Shown here one piece after another: positions 8,319 through 18,886 of a DNA stretch of 64,000 bases. A program made the translations under genes and the position numbers. The stretch is from the NCBI GenBank assembly GCA_965248055.1, contig CBDFIJ010000004.1, positions 1,312,001-1,376,000 of the forward strand, written 5' to 3'. Position 1 is the first letter of the stretch; every line of letters begins with the position of its first letter. This DNA comes from Candidatus Multivoradales bacterium (lineage in GTDB: Bacteria > Acidobacteriota > Thermoanaerobaculia > Multivoradales > JAHEKO01). The notes under the pieces are model-generated. The model did no database searches. It was not told the origin of the DNA and saw nothing but the letters and a program-made list of their open reading frames with translations.

Positions 8319-10576
8319 CGGCTGGTTCCGTCAGGGGTTGATGAGGATGCGCTGAACAATCTTTCGGGGGTCGCTGGAATCTCATCGAGATAAATGCCAA
8401 CCGCGTTGTCAATTGCCGCCAGAGCAGCCGGTGCGCCACCGTCCATCGGCAGTTCGCCGATTCCCTTGGCGCCAAACGGGCCGCCGTCCCAAGGCCGCTC
8501 GAGCAACTCCACATCCAGAATTGGGGCATCTTTGAAAGTGGGAATGATGTAGGTCGCCAGGCGGTCATTGAGGTAGCGACCCTCCTGGACCTTGATCTCC
8601 TCCATCAATCCCCACGCCACGGCTTGCAGCACGCCGCCCTCGATCTGGCCGGTGCAAAGGGTCGGATGGATGGCTTTGCCGACCTCGCACACCGCCGTGA
8701 CCCGCTGAGGACAAACCTCCAAGGTGTCGGGATCCACTTCCACCTCGACCACATTGGCACCCCAGGCGTAGGTTGGGTAGGCGCTGCCCTGGTAGGTAGT
8801 TTCGTCGAAGTCCTGCTCGACCGGAGGCTGATGCCGGTGGGTCACTTCCAAGGGTCCGTGTTTTTGAAAGACCTCGGCTGCGATTTCACGGAAACTCGAA
8901 CGCAAGCCGTTGCCATCGCGTACCAAGCCGTCGCTGACAGTCAGTCCTTGAGCCGCTTGCTCCCCGGCCCAGGTGAGAAGTACTTTGTCGCGCAGCTTGC
9001 GACTCGCCTCGACCACCGCACCACCCACCACCATGGTGGTACGCGAAGCAACCGTAGGTCCAGAGTCAGGTACCTGGGCGGTGTCGGGCAAGGCAAAGCT
9101 CAGATCATCTTCGGCGAGTCCGGTGCCCGAACACGCCATCTGCGGGAAAATGGTCGAGCATCCCTGCCCCATATCGGTCATCGCCGTCTGCACCTCGATG
9201 CGGCCGTCGGCCAGCAGCCGGGTTCGCACCGGTGAGCGCATCCGTCGCTCGCCATTGCCGGTAAAGCCTGCACCGTGGAAAAACAGCGCCAAACCCAGAC
9301 CTACCTGGGGTTTACCATCGTCCAAATCCTTGCTCTGCGACTCGATCTCTTGCCAACGACGGCGAAAGTCGGTTTTGGCTGCGACCCGTTCTAAACACAG
9401 GCGGGCGGAAGTGGTCTCATCCAGCACTTGACCGGTGGGCAAGGTGTCCCCGGCTTCCAGCGCGTTGCGCAATCGAATCTCCAGCGGGTCCACCCCCAGC
9501 TGGCGAGCGATGCGGTCCATGTGCCGTTCCATCGCAAACTGGGTTTGCGGCGCACCAAAGCCACGAAAGGCACCGTTGGCCGGGGTGTTAGTGCGTAGTG
9601 CCCGCCCGGAGATCCGCACCCGTGGACAGCGGTAGGCGCCAGCAGCGTGAAGCAGAGCGCGGGAAAGAACCACGGTGGACAAGGTTTCGTAAGCGCCACC
9701 GTCCATGGTGACGTCAATGTCCATCGCCAGCAGGGCCCCTTGGTCGTCGACCGCGGTGCGGTGTCGCACCACCGCCGGATGGCGTTTGGTGGTACCGATG
9801 ATGTCCTCGTGGCGGTCGTAGACCATGCGCACTGGACGACCGCTGGCCTGTGCCAGTAGCGCTGCATGGATTGCGATCATGCTCGGAAAATCTTCCTTGC
9901 CACCAAAGCCGCCGCCAACCGCCGACGCCTGCACCCGCACTTGGGCCTCTTCGAGACCAAAGGCGTGGGTCAATGATTTGTGCACGTAGTACGGACACTG
10001 CATGGTACCGACGACGTTCAGCACCTCGCCGTCGAACCACGCGGTAACCCCCTGGCACTCGATGTAAATATGCTCCTGTAGGCCGGTGCTATAAGTACCC
10101 TCGATGACCCGGTCGGCAGTTTCTAGGATGCTCTCAACCGTGGAATCACCAAACCCCAGCGCACAGATCGGCTGGTGTTTGGCGGCCTCGGCCAAGTCCA
10201 AAACCGCTGACAGTTGGGTGAGGTCCACTTCTACCAACCGTCGCGCGCGTTGTGCTTCCAGAGGCGTCGATCCAGAAACCAACACCAGCGGCTCGCCAAC
10301 GTGACAGGTCTCGCGTTTAGCCAGAATCGGCCAATCGTCAGTAATTAGCTTGACCCCGTTGATCCCCGGTAAATCGGCGGCAGTGATGAAAACGGTTTCC
10401 GCCCGCGCCTGGTCTCGGTTGATCCGGATCTCGTCGATCTGGGCGTGAGCATGCGGACTGCGTACCGTGGCGCCATAGACAAGATTGTCAAAGACCAGAT
10501 CGTCGGCGTAACGGGTTGCCCCACTGACTTTGGCAAGACCGTCGGGGCGTGGGGGGCTTTGTCCGATCAAACTCAT
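8315..10576 (-). CDS. Xanthine dehydrogenase family molybdopterin-binding subunit
   Basis: KVSGATRYADD, GGGFGGK, AFRGFGAPQ, DMGQG, GQIEGG, GAKGIGE; start placed at MSLIGQ. Confidence 0.93.
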   Translation of the reverse strand: MSLIGQSPPRPDGLAKVSGATRYADDLVFDNLVYGATVRSPHAHAQIDEIRINRDQARAETVFITAADLPGINGVKLITDDWPILAKRETCHVGEPLVLVSGSTPLEAQRARRLVEVDLTQLSAVLDLAEAAKHQPICALGFGDSTVESILETADRVIEGTYSTGLQEHIYIECQGVTAWFDGEVLNVVGTMQCPYYVHKSLTHAFGLEEAQVRVQASAVGGGFGGKEDFPSMIAIHAALLAQASGRPVRMVYDRHEDIIGTTKRHPAVVRHRTAVDDQGALLAMDIDVTMDGGAYETLSTVVLSRALLHAAGAYRCPRVRISGRALRTNTPANGAFRGFGAPQTQFAMERHMDRIARQLGVDPLEIRLRNALEAGDTLPTGQVLDETTSARLCLERVAAKTDFRRRWQEIESQSKDLDDGKPQVGLGLALFFHGAGFTGNGERRMRSPVRTRLLADGRIEVQTAMTDMGQGCSTIFPQMACSGTGLAEDDLSFALPDTAQVPDSGPTVASRTTMVVGGAVVEASRKLRDKVLLTWAGEQAAQGLTVSDGLVRDGNGLRSSFREIAAEVFQKHGPLEVTHRHQPPVEQDFDETTYQGSAYPTYAWGANVVEVEVDPDTLEVCPQRVTAVCEVGKAIHPTLCTGQIEGGVLQAVAWGLMEEIKVQEGRYLNDRLATYIIPTFKDAPILDVELLERPWDGGPFGAKGIGELPMDGGAPAALAAIDNAVGIYLDEIPATPERLFSASSSTPDGTSR

Positions 10577-10701
10577 CGACCGCGGCAGTGTGCAGCAAAC
10601 AGCGCCTGTGGTGCAAGCCAAACCCGCGCCCAGCTCGGCGCAGTAGACTCATGCTTTCGACGCGACTTGCGGTGAGCGTCGAGACCTCGCGGAGGTGATT
10701 T

Positions 10702-11511
10702 ATGGATTTCGCATTCAAAGAGTGGCTACATCTCCTGATCCGCTGGTTTCACGTGGTGGTCGGGATTATGTGGATCGGCCAAACCTATCTGTTCAGCTGG
10801 ATGGACAGTCACTTGGAGGAAGTAGACGACGAAGACCTGGAGGGCCGGCTGTGGATGATCCACAGCGGCGGTTTCTATCGGGTCGAAAAACAAAAGTTAG
10901 CCCCGAGCAAGATGCCGGCAGTGCTGCACTGGTTCAAGTGGGAGGCCGGGCTGACCTGGATCAGCGGTTTTCTGCTGCTGTGGGTGGTCTATTACACCGG
11001 CGGAGTGCTGGTCGAATACGGTTCTGACACCAGTGTCGCCGCGGCGACCGCGATCGGCATTGGCACTCTGGTGGGCGGATGGATTGTCTACGACGCTTTC
11101 TGGATGTCCCCCCTGGGTCGGCGCGAGGGGCTAGGGATGGTGCTGTGTTTCTTGCTGGTAGTCGCCATCGCCTGGGGTTTGACGCAGATATTGAGTGGCA
11201 GGGCGGCCTACATTCACGTCGGCGGACTGTTTGGCACCATCATGGCAGCCAATGTATGGCTGCGGATCCTCCCTGGGCAGCGACAACTGGTCGCTGCCGC
11301 CGAAGCCGGAACGCCTCCGGACGCCACTTTGGCTAAGCGAGCGACCCAGCGCTCCAAACACAACGGTTTTATGTCGGTACCACTGATCTTCATCATGATC
11401 AGCAGCCATTTTCCCACCGCTTCTTACGGCCACAAATACAACTGGGCGATGCTGGGGGTGTTTGTCCTGCTGGGCTGGCTGGGGCGAAAATTGATGACCA
11501 CGGTTCGTTAG
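10702..11511 (+). CDS. puuD: Urate hydroxylase PuuD, membrane domain only
   Basis: RWFHVVVGIMWIG, LWMIHSGGFY, LHWFKWEA, SGRAAYIHVG..GTIMAANV, RSKHN, MISSHFP; RBS GGAGG; no CxxCH. Confidence 0.88.
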   Translation: MDFAFKEWLHLLIRWFHVVVGIMWIGQTYLFSWMDSHLEEVDDEDLEGRLWMIHSGGFYRVEKQKLAPSKMPAVLHWFKWEAGLTWISGFLLLWVVYYTGGVLVEYGSDTSVAAATAIGIGTLVGGWIVYDAFWMSPLGRREGLGMVLCFLLVVAIAWGLTQILSGRAAYIHVGGLFGTIMAANVWLRILPGQRQLVAAAEAGTPPDATLAKRATQRSKHNGFMSVPLIFIMISSHFPTASYGHKYNWAMLGVFVLLGWLGRKLMTTVR

Positions 11512-11585
11512 CCTGGGGATCTCGCTAGCCCAGGTATTTTGACGACCGGCGACTCTTGGCTAGGGTCAGCCAAGTCGAACCAGCG

Positions 11586-12467
11586 TCAGCGATGCACGCT
11601 GGCGCGAATAAACCGCGAAATGGTCCACAGATAGCGCAGTCCGCCAAAGCGGTGGATCTCGTTATGCCCCGCGTTGGGCACTACCAACAATTTCTTCGGC
11701 TGTTGGGCACTCTCAAACAATCGTTCGCTGTACGCAAGCGGCAGGACGTCATCTGAGTCCCCATGGATGAATAGTTTTGGGATCTCCAACCGACCGATCT
11801 TTTCCACACTGCAAAATTGCTTGCGCGCCGCGTAGTGGAACGGCATCCCGGCAAACGAACTCTTCACCGCGTCAGGAAGATCGGTAAAAGTCGATTGAAT
11901 CACCATGGCAGCAACCGGGCAGTCGAGCGCCGCATCGATGGCGATCGCCCCTCCCAGAGAGTGACCAAAAAGCACAATCTCTTGTGGTTCTTGGTTCAAG
12001 CCCTCGACCAGTTCTCGATAGGCCGCGCGGACATCGAGATACAAGCCCTGCTCGCTGGGGACACCGCTACTGCGGCCGTAGCCACGGTAGTCGAAGACAA
12101 AGACGTTGACTCTCAGGCGTTTGAAATAACGCAGTGCTGACAACTGCTGAGCAATATTGCCGGAATTGCCGTGGCAGAATAAAACCGTTGCAATCGGCCT
12201 GCGATGGGGGATCCACCACCCGTGCAGGTCGACACCATCGTCCGATCGAAACCAAATATCGCGAACGTGAATCCCCACTTCTTCCGGGTTCCAAAGGCCA
12301 GCGGGGTACTTTTCCGGTCGAAAAATCAGCTTCTTGTGCGCCAGTGACCTCAACGCATGAAGCGCGCCCACGCCTCCCACGGCAACCGCAGACGGAACCG
12401 CGAGCGAACGCATCCAGCTGCGCTTGCGCCGCTTGTCTTTTCGCTGTTTGGAACGTTTTTGGACCAT
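11586..12467 (-). CDS. Alpha/beta hydrolase (ABHD13/Bem46-like)
   Basis: LFCHGNSGN, DYRGYG.S, GHSLGG, IHGDSD, AGHN. Confidence 0.85.
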   Translation of the reverse strand: MVQKRSKQRKDKRRKRSWMRSLAVPSAVAVGGVGALHALRSLAHKKLIFRPEKYPAGLWNPEEVGIHVRDIWFRSDDGVDLHGWWIPHRRPIATVLFCHGNSGNIAQQLSALRYFKRLRVNVFVFDYRGYGRSSGVPSEQGLYLDVRAAYRELVEGLNQEPQEIVLFGHSLGGAIAIDAALDCPVAAMVIQSTFTDLPDAVKSSFAGMPFHYAARKQFCSVEKIGRLEIPKLFIHGDSDDVLPLAYSERLFESAQQPKKLLVVPNAGHNEIHRFGGLRYLWTISRFIRASVHR

Positions 12468-12539
12468 CTTCCCTCTCACCGACCCGGCCTCTGCAACTCG
12501 CTTTCTAACAGCGCGGACCCGGTGCTTTACAATAGGAGT

Positions 12540-13046
12540 ATGCAACTTCCACGCCCTACGGCACTGATGATAGCGGCGTTGATTCTTTTCACCGGGCACT
12601 CAGCCGTCTGGCAACCAGCTGCCACAGCCCAGACCCAAGATACTCCGCCGATCCAGGTCGAAAAGGTCGAGGTGACACCAAAAAATGCTGGGGCGGAAAC
12701 TCTGTGTCAGCTTTGGGTGACGATCCGCAACAACGGGTCGCACTACGCCAGCGCGTTTGAATTTGAGGTCCAGGTCGCCAGCCATCAACTTCCGGTCTAC
12801 GGCAACCACAGTTTCCTGACCGCCGTGGCGCCAGGGGAGTCCAAACGCTTGAGGCTGTTTAACTTCTGGACCAACGAAACAGGTCGACCCTACCCTGGTT
12901 CGGGCAGCCTCGAAGTCTCGGTCAGTCTGCAGCAAGCGAGCTGGTGGACCCTGTCGGAACAAAATGAACAGACCACCTGGACCTTCGTCAGCGATATCGA
13001 ACAAGCATCGCAGGTTGCCACGGTAACCGTGCAACGTCCTTCATAG
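12540..13046 (+). CDS. Hypothetical secreted beta-sandwich protein
   Basis: RBS AGGAG, signal peptide, Ig-like VTIRNNG / VAPGES pattern. Confidence 0.6.
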   Translation: MQLPRPTALMIAALILFTGHSAVWQPAATAQTQDTPPIQVEKVEVTPKNAGAETLCQLWVTIRNNGSHYASAFEFEVQVASHQLPVYGNHSFLTAVAPGESKRLRLFNFWTNETGRPYPGSGSLEVSVSLQQASWWTLSEQNEQTTWTFVSDIEQASQVATVTVQRPS

Positions 13047-13110
13047 AACCCCCTCCACTGCTAGCATTCATCGGCAGCCCTGAATCCTGGGTTGATCGAG
13101 ACCTCGCGCC

Positions 13111-14886
13111 ATGACCATCCAGATTTTTCTCCTCCTCGCAATCGTCGTTTTCATGATCATTGCGTTTGCCCGCGAGTGGTTGCCGGTGGATTTGGTGGCA
13201 CTGATCAGCCTAGCGCTACTGTTGCTATTCGGCATCATCAACCCCGAGGAGGCGATCTCTGGGTTTAGCAACCCTGCGGTGATCACCATCCTGATGATGT
13301 TCATCCTCAGTCAAGCATTGGTGCAGAGCGGCGCGATTTCCAAACTGGGCCATCAAATCGCCACCATGACCGGACAGTCGCAGCAAACCGCGTCGATTGT
13401 GCTGTTGATCGTGGTGGGAATTCTGTCGGCGTTTATCAATAATACGGTGGCGGTAGCAGTCTTCTTGCCGGTGGCGGTTCACCTGGCGCACCACTTTCGT
13501 TTCAGCCCTTCGAAGATCCTGATGCCGTTGTCGTTTGCCGCGATCATGGGCGGAACGGCCACCCTAATCGGCACCTCGACCAACCTGTTGGTGAAGGCGA
13601 TTGCGGAAGACAACGGCGTCACCGAAATCACCGTGTTCGAATTCATGACCCTGGGTGGAGTGCTGTTCGTGGTTGGCACGATCTACAACATCTTGGTGCC
13701 GATGCGTTATTTACCGGACCGCGAGACCTCCAGCTTGACTCGCAAGTATCAGCTGACCGACTACCTCACCGAGTTGAAGATTCCGGAGAATTCGTCGCTG
13801 GTGGGACGCACAGTTCTGCAAGAGCAAATTGCCGAGCGTTTCCGTCTGACGGTTTTGGAGATCCTTCGCGGCGAACAAAAAATCGCGGAGAACCTGCGCA
13901 ACACGCCTCTGCAAGCCGACGACATCTTGATCGTCGAAGGGTCGGTGGAAGACATCGTTTCGTTTCGTGAGCAAAAAAGCCTATTGCTGCTGACCGACGT
14001 CAAACTGGACGACGCCGAGCTCTCCGACCGCAACACCATATTGGTGGAATTGCAACTTTCGCCAACCTCTTCGCTGGTTGGATCAACGCTCAAAGAGATC
14101 GATTTTCGTCGCTCGTTCGGCTGCTTTGTCCTGGCCCTGGGGCGAACCGGCGAAACCATTCGTAAGAAACTGGGCAAGATTCACCTCAAGCAGTGGGACA
14201 CACTGTTGGTGTTTGGCCCCCGTACTCGCATTGAGGCGCTGTACCAGAAAGCGGACTTCGTCCCGCTCGGTGAACTGGATATCCCGATCCGACTGGCGCC
14301 CTACTGGTGGATCGATGTGGCGATAATCCCGGCCGTAGTCTTGGTCGCAGCACTGGGTTGGATGTCAATCCTCAAGGCTGCACTGCTCGGTGCGGTGGCC
14401 GTGCTGGCGATGCGGCGGTTAACCACCCGCCAGGCCTACAAAGGAATCGACTGGTCGGTGATCTTCTTGCTCGCGGCGACTGTCCCTCTGGGGATCGCAA
14501 TGAAAAACACCGGCCTGGCAGACATCATCGGAGCCAGCCTTTCGCAAGTCGGCGAGCAGGTGGGCCCCACTTTGTTGTTGGCAATCCTGTTTGGCGCGAC
14601 GTCGATCTTGACTTCGTTTTTCTCCAACAATGCAACTGCAATCTTGATGGTGGCAATCGCCATTTCCACTGCCGGCAAACTGGGCATCGATCCCAAGCCG
14701 TTGGTGATGGCGGTTGCCTACGCCGCATCGACCTGCTTCATGACCCCGGTCGGTTATCAGACCAACGCCATGGTCTTAACCCCAGGCAACTATCGCTTCT
14801 TCGACTTCGTTAAGTTCGGAATACCCTTAAACGTATTGTTCTTGATCATTTCGACACTGCTGATTCCGATTCTGTGGCCCTTCTAA
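13111..14886 (+). CDS. SLC13/DASS-family transporter with two TrkA-C domains
   Basis: SGFSNPAV, SAFINNT, GGTATLIGTSTNL, central TrkA-C repeats, SNNATA, TPVGYQTN. Confidence 0.9.
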   Translation: MTIQIFLLLAIVVFMIIAFAREWLPVDLVALISLALLLLFGIINPEEAISGFSNPAVITILMMFILSQALVQSGAISKLGHQIATMTGQSQQTASIVLLIVVGILSAFINNTVAVAVFLPVAVHLAHHFRFSPSKILMPLSFAAIMGGTATLIGTSTNLLVKAIAEDNGVTEITVFEFMTLGGVLFVVGTIYNILVPMRYLPDRETSSLTRKYQLTDYLTELKIPENSSLVGRTVLQEQIAERFRLTVLEILRGEQKIAENLRNTPLQADDILIVEGSVEDIVSFREQKSLLLLTDVKLDDAELSDRNTILVELQLSPTSSLVGSTLKEIDFRRSFGCFVLALGRTGETIRKKLGKIHLKQWDTLLVFGPRTRIEALYQKADFVPLGELDIPIRLAPYWWIDVAIIPAVVLVAALGWMSILKAALLGAVAVLAMRRLTTRQAYKGIDWSVIFLLAATVPLGIAMKNTGLADIIGASLSQVGEQVGPTLLLAILFGATSILTSFFSNNATAILMVAIAISTAGKLGIDPKPLVMAVAYAASTCFMTPVGYQTNAMVLTPGNYRFFDFVKFGIPLNVLFLIISTLLIPILWPF

Positions 14887-14991
14887 GCGCTTTGTCGATA
14901 CTCGCGGTCGTTGGATCACGGGCCTACGACGAAAAAGTTCTCAGTGCATTTTTCGGTTGCTGAGATCTTCGCAATCCCCAATTATTGATCC

Positions 14992-16047
14992 ATGCAAGAG
15001 CTACAACTTCCCCCTCGTTCCACCATGATTGAAGCGTTCCTGGCGCGCGACACAACCTATGAAGGAATTTTTTATACCGGGGTGCAAACCACTGGGATCT
15101 TCTGTCGGCCAAGCTGCCCGGCGAGAAAGCCCAAGCCAGAAAACGTTGAGTTTTTCGCCAACCAACGCGAGGCACTGCTAGCGGGCTACCGACCGTGCAA
15201 ACGCTGTACGCCCCTTTCCGAGCAGACCACTCCCGAATGGACCACCCGGCTACTGCAGGAGATCGACCGTGACCCGACGCGTCGCTGGCGCGATCAAGAC
15301 CTACGAGAGCTAGGTCTCAGCCCTGCCACCGTACGACGTTGGTTTCAGTCCCATTATCAAATGACGTTTCACGCCTACAGTCGGGCACGACGAATCAACA
15401 GCGCCATGGGGCACTTACGCCATGGAAACCCGGTCATCGACACCGCTTTCGAAAGTGGATTCGAATCCTTGAGCGGATTCGGTGAGGCGTTTCAGAAGCT
15501 CACCGGGCGAGCACCCAGTGCCAGCCGCGAGGTGACCTCGATCGTCATGAACCGGATTCAGACGCCTCTGGGACCAATGGTCGCAGGAGCCACGGACGAT
15601 GCCGTCGTGTTGTTGGAGTTTGCCGATCGCCGCATGTTGCCGCGCCAGATGTCGATTCTCGCCACGCGACTCAACGCGGTCTTGACTCCTGGAGCCTCAC
15701 CGCAACTCATTGAGCTATCGGACCAGTTGGAGGCCTACTTTGCGGGTCGATTGAGGCAATTCGACACTGTGATCGAAACCCCAGGCACGCCGTTTCAAAA
15801 CTCGGTCTGGAAACAGTTGAGAGAGATCCCAGTGGGCGAGACTCGCAGCTACTCCGAGATCGCGCAAGAGATCGGACAACCGAGCGCAGCGCGGGCCGTC
15901 GCACGGGCTAACGGCGACAATCGCATTGCTATCTTGATTCCCTGCCACCGGGTGATCGGCGTCAACGGTCGCTTATCGGGATACGGCGGAGGCGTGTGGA
16001 GAAAAAAGAAACTGTTGGAACTCGAGGCCAGGAGCGCTAGCTCTTAG
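14992..16047 (+). CDS. ada: Bifunctional Ada regulator / O6-methylguanine-DNA methyltransferase
   Basis: TGIFCRPSC..RPCKRC Zn site, AraC HTH, IPCHRV active site. Confidence 0.93.
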   Translation: MQELQLPPRSTMIEAFLARDTTYEGIFYTGVQTTGIFCRPSCPARKPKPENVEFFANQREALLAGYRPCKRCTPLSEQTTPEWTTRLLQEIDRDPTRRWRDQDLRELGLSPATVRRWFQSHYQMTFHAYSRARRINSAMGHLRHGNPVIDTAFESGFESLSGFGEAFQKLTGRAPSASREVTSIVMNRIQTPLGPMVAGATDDAVVLLEFADRRMLPRQMSILATRLNAVLTPGASPQLIELSDQLEAYFAGRLRQFDTVIETPGTPFQNSVWKQLREIPVGETRSYSEIAQEIGQPSAARAVARANGDNRIAILIPCHRVIGVNGRLSGYGGGVWRKKKLLELEARSASS

Positions 16048-16053
16048 AGCGGC

Positions 16054-16129
16054 TATAAGGGGACACAATTCTTCTTAGGGGACACAATTTTTATTGTGTC
16101 CCCTCCTGTTCTTATTGTGTCCCCTTATA
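16054..16129. repeat. Nested palindrome of four AGGGGACACAAT copies (REP-like / bidirectional terminator)
   Basis: TATAAGGGGACACAAT 16054-16069 with its reverse complement at 16114-16129; inner AGGGGACACAAT 16077-16088 / ATTGTGTCCCCT 16093-16104. Confidence 0.85.
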
Positions 16130-17407
16130 AACGCGCCCCTCCTTCATCACGAATTTCACCTGCTCCAAGGTTGAGATATCGCTCAACGGATCACCATCCA
16201 CGGCGATTAAGTCGGCAATTTTGCCAACCTCGACAGAGCCCAGTCGGTCGTCAATCTGGAGCAATTCGGCTGCGGTCATGGTCGCCGCTTGAATCGCTTC
16301 CATCGCCGGCATCCCGGCTTCGACCATCAGCGCGAATTCTCGCCCGTTCTCCCCGTGCGGAGACACCCCGCTGTCGGTGCCAAACGCGATCTTGACTCCA
16401 GCGCGATAGGCCCTGCCAAAAGTGTCTTTGATCTTGGGGCCGATGGCGGCCGCTTTGGGCCTCACAACTTCGGGAAAATATCCGTCGACCTCGGCCTTGG
16501 CAGCAACAAAATCCCCGGCCAAGATGGTGGGCACGTAGTAGGTGCCATGCTCTTTCATTAACGCAATGACTTCATCGTCCATCAAAGTCCCGTGTTCGAT
16601 GGACAGGACCCCAGCGCGAATCGCCCGCTTCATTCCTTCCGCTCCGTGGGCGTGCGCGGCAACATGAAACCCGTAGTCGGACGCGGTGTTGACGATAGCC
16701 TCCAGCTCTTCTTGAGAAAACTGTGGGTTCTGTCCGCTCTTGGCGACTGAGAGCACGCCACCGGTAGCGGTGATCTTGATGAAGTCGGCGCCCTCTTTGT
16801 AACGGTAACGGACCGCTTCCGCGGCTGCCGCTGCACCATCCACGACACCCTCACGCGGTCCAGCGTCCGCCGCAAGCGCGGAACGCAAGCCGCTGGTTGG
16901 GTCAGCATGCCCACCGGTGGTGGCAATCGATTTTCCAGCGGTAATGATACGCGGTCCCGGCACCCAGCCTTGGGCAATCGCGTCGCGCAACGCCACCGTG
17001 GTCGCGCCGCTGTCCCCCGGATTGCGCACGGTGGTGAAACCCGCATCCAGGGTCCGCTTGGCGTAGACCACCGAACGGATAGCAAATGTCGAGCGTTCTT
17101 TCTGTACCCGCTCTAAGTAGGTATTGGGACTCAGCTCACCGTCCAAATGCACATGCATGTCCATCAGTCCGGGCAGCACGGTCGAACTGGAGAGATCGAT
17201 CACCGTGTCACCCTCGGCTGGGGTGCGAAAACCGTCTTCCACGGCGACGATCCGGTCCGCTTCGACCACCACCGTGACCTCAGCTCGGGATTGCGCACTG
17301 ACTCCGTCGATCAGTTTTCCGGCATGAATCAAAGTCTGCTCAGCGTCTGCGCTGGTGGATGCTAATAGTGAGGACAGCAGTACTGTATTGAGAAATCGCT
17401 TGCGCAT
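16112..17407 (-). CDS. Exported amidohydrolase (Xaa-Pro dipeptidase-like)
   Basis: Signal peptide, [32 protein letters not shown]. Confidence 0.9.
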   Translation of the reverse strand: MRKRFLNTVLLSSLLASTSADAEQTLIHAGKLIDGVSAQSRAEVTVVVEADRIVAVEDGFRTPAEGDTVIDLSSSTVLPGLMDMHVHLDGELSPNTYLERVQKERSTFAIRSVVYAKRTLDAGFTTVRNPGDSGATTVALRDAIAQGWVPGPRIITAGKSIATTGGHADPTSGLRSALAADAGPREGVVDGAAAAAEAVRYRYKEGADFIKITATGGVLSVAKSGQNPQFSQEELEAIVNTASDYGFHVAAHAHGAEGMKRAIRAGVLSIEHGTLMDDEVIALMKEHGTYYVPTILAGDFVAAKAEVDGYFPEVVRPKAAAIGPKIKDTFGRAYRAGVKIAFGTDSGVSPHGENGREFALMVEAGMPAMEAIQAATMTAAELLQIDDRLGSVEVGKIADLIAVDGDPLSDISTLEQVKFVMKEGRVYKGTQ

Positions 17408-17424
17408 AATCGTTCCTTCTTAGT

Positions 17425-18069
17425 TCAGGAGGCTGAGGGATGGTCGAGGATTGAGAGCAGTTCCGAGGCATTTTCCTGCGGCGGCGTCAGCCCAGAAACA
17501 ACAACGCTGGCCAACTCTTTCGCCGGCGCCACGTAGAGCGAATGCATCGGCAAGACATGATGTTCCCATTGGTGCAATACGGTGTCGACAGAACGCTTTC
17601 GCTCGGCTATGTCTCGGCGGATTCTGCGAATCAACCGCACATCTCCTGGGGTCTCGACGTAGACCAGAAAGTCTAGGACGTCGCGCAGGTAGTCCTGGGA
17701 ACCGATTAACATCCCTTCAACCAGGAGGATCTCCGACGGGGCAATGGTTTCGGTTCGGTCGGTGCGACGATGGGTGACTAGATCGTAGACCGGAACCTCT
17801 GCCGGCTGGAGCTGGACGAGGCCAATTAGATGTTGATGGAGCAGCGGAAAGTCGATCGCGTCCGGGTGGTCAAAATTGTGCTGCAGCACTTGGTCGTGAG
17901 TGTGCCAATCCAGATCGTTGTAATAGCGATCCTGGGTAATAACCCGAGCCCTAGAGCCCAATAGCGCGGCCAGCGTGCGGCACAAAGTGGTCTTCCCCGA
18001 ACCGGTCCCTCCGGTGATTCCGACAATCTTCAAAGCACTTTCCTTTTCACTCGGTCGAGTCTCAATCAA
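17425..18069 (-). CDS. udk: Uridine kinase
   Basis: GGTGSGKTT, QDRYY, NFDHPDA, RRIRRDIAER. Confidence 0.9.
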   Translation of the reverse strand: MIETRPSEKESALKIVGITGGTGSGKTTLCRTLAALLGSRARVITQDRYYNDLDWHTHDQVLQHNFDHPDAIDFPLLHQHLIGLVQLQPAEVPVYDLVTHRRTDRTETIAPSEILLVEGMLIGSQDYLRDVLDFLVYVETPGDVRLIRRIRRDIAERKRSVDTVLHQWEHHVLPMHSLYVAPAKELASVVVSGLTPPQENASELLSILDHPSAS

Positions 18070-18072
18070 TTC

Positions 18073-18849
18073 TTAACTCGGTTGTGATTCCCAGCGCGCC
18101 AACAAGGGCCGCAGCTGGTCGAGGTCGTCTATTGTTGCATCCGCGTCAGGGCCGTCGTCAAACCTCGACCGCAGCCACACCGTCTTCATCCCTGCCATCC
18201 TACCCACAGCCACGTCTGGAAATTTCCGATCCCCCACCATAACTGCCGAGGCAGCCTCTGCAGAGAGCCTGGAAAGCGCGCGCCGAACAATCGCTGGCGA
18301 CGGTTTGCGCACCCCTTCGTCATAACTGAAGCAATGCGCCGAGAATAGATCCCACAGGCCTCCTTGCTCAAGCACTGGTCGATAGATCTCCCCGGGCAGC
18401 GGAACATTGGACACCAAGGCGCAAGAAAAGCCCCGTTCGACCAATTCACCCACAACCGTACGGGCCGACGGGGTACAGGTAATTTCTTCGAGATATGGAC
18501 GAAACCACGCCGCGAGAAGCTCGATGTCCGGAATCGAGCACCCATAGTGTTGCCGTAGCCGATCTAAATAGGGCGTCCAGGACGCCTCGCTTCCCCGTTG
18601 CTGCCGAGTCTGGTGTGCCCGCCGCCACGGAGCGAACACCAGACCATCCAAGTCAGCCTCTTGCAGCCGAGCGCAGCGTCGTCCGTCTTTCGCAAGTAGG
18701 CTGAGCATGGCTCGGCGTCCTCGCCAATCTTCAGCGCTGGGCGGCATCCCTTCGCTCGGCCCAAAATCGACCAACACCCCGCCCATGTCAAACACGACCG
18801 CGCGAATAGGAACTCCCAATGAGCCGCGATGGGCCGGTTGATCGGTCAT
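18073..18849 (-). CDS. HAD-family hydrolase
   Basis: FDMGGVL, LVSN, RKP, MVGD motifs; start placed at MTDQ. Confidence 0.8.
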   Translation of the reverse strand: MTDQPAHRGSLGVPIRAVVFDMGGVLVDFGPSEGMPPSAEDWRGRRAMLSLLAKDGRRCARLQEADLDGLVFAPWRRAHQTRQQRGSEASWTPYLDRLRQHYGCSIPDIELLAAWFRPYLEEITCTPSARTVVGELVERGFSCALVSNVPLPGEIYRPVLEQGGLWDLFSAHCFSYDEGVRKPSPAIVRRALSRLSAEAASAVMVGDRKFPDVAVGRMAGMKTVWLRSRFDDGPDADATIDDLDQLRPLLARWESQPS

Positions 18850-18886
18850 GGTCGGACAGTCCTTTCTCGGTTCAGCATCTCGACGC

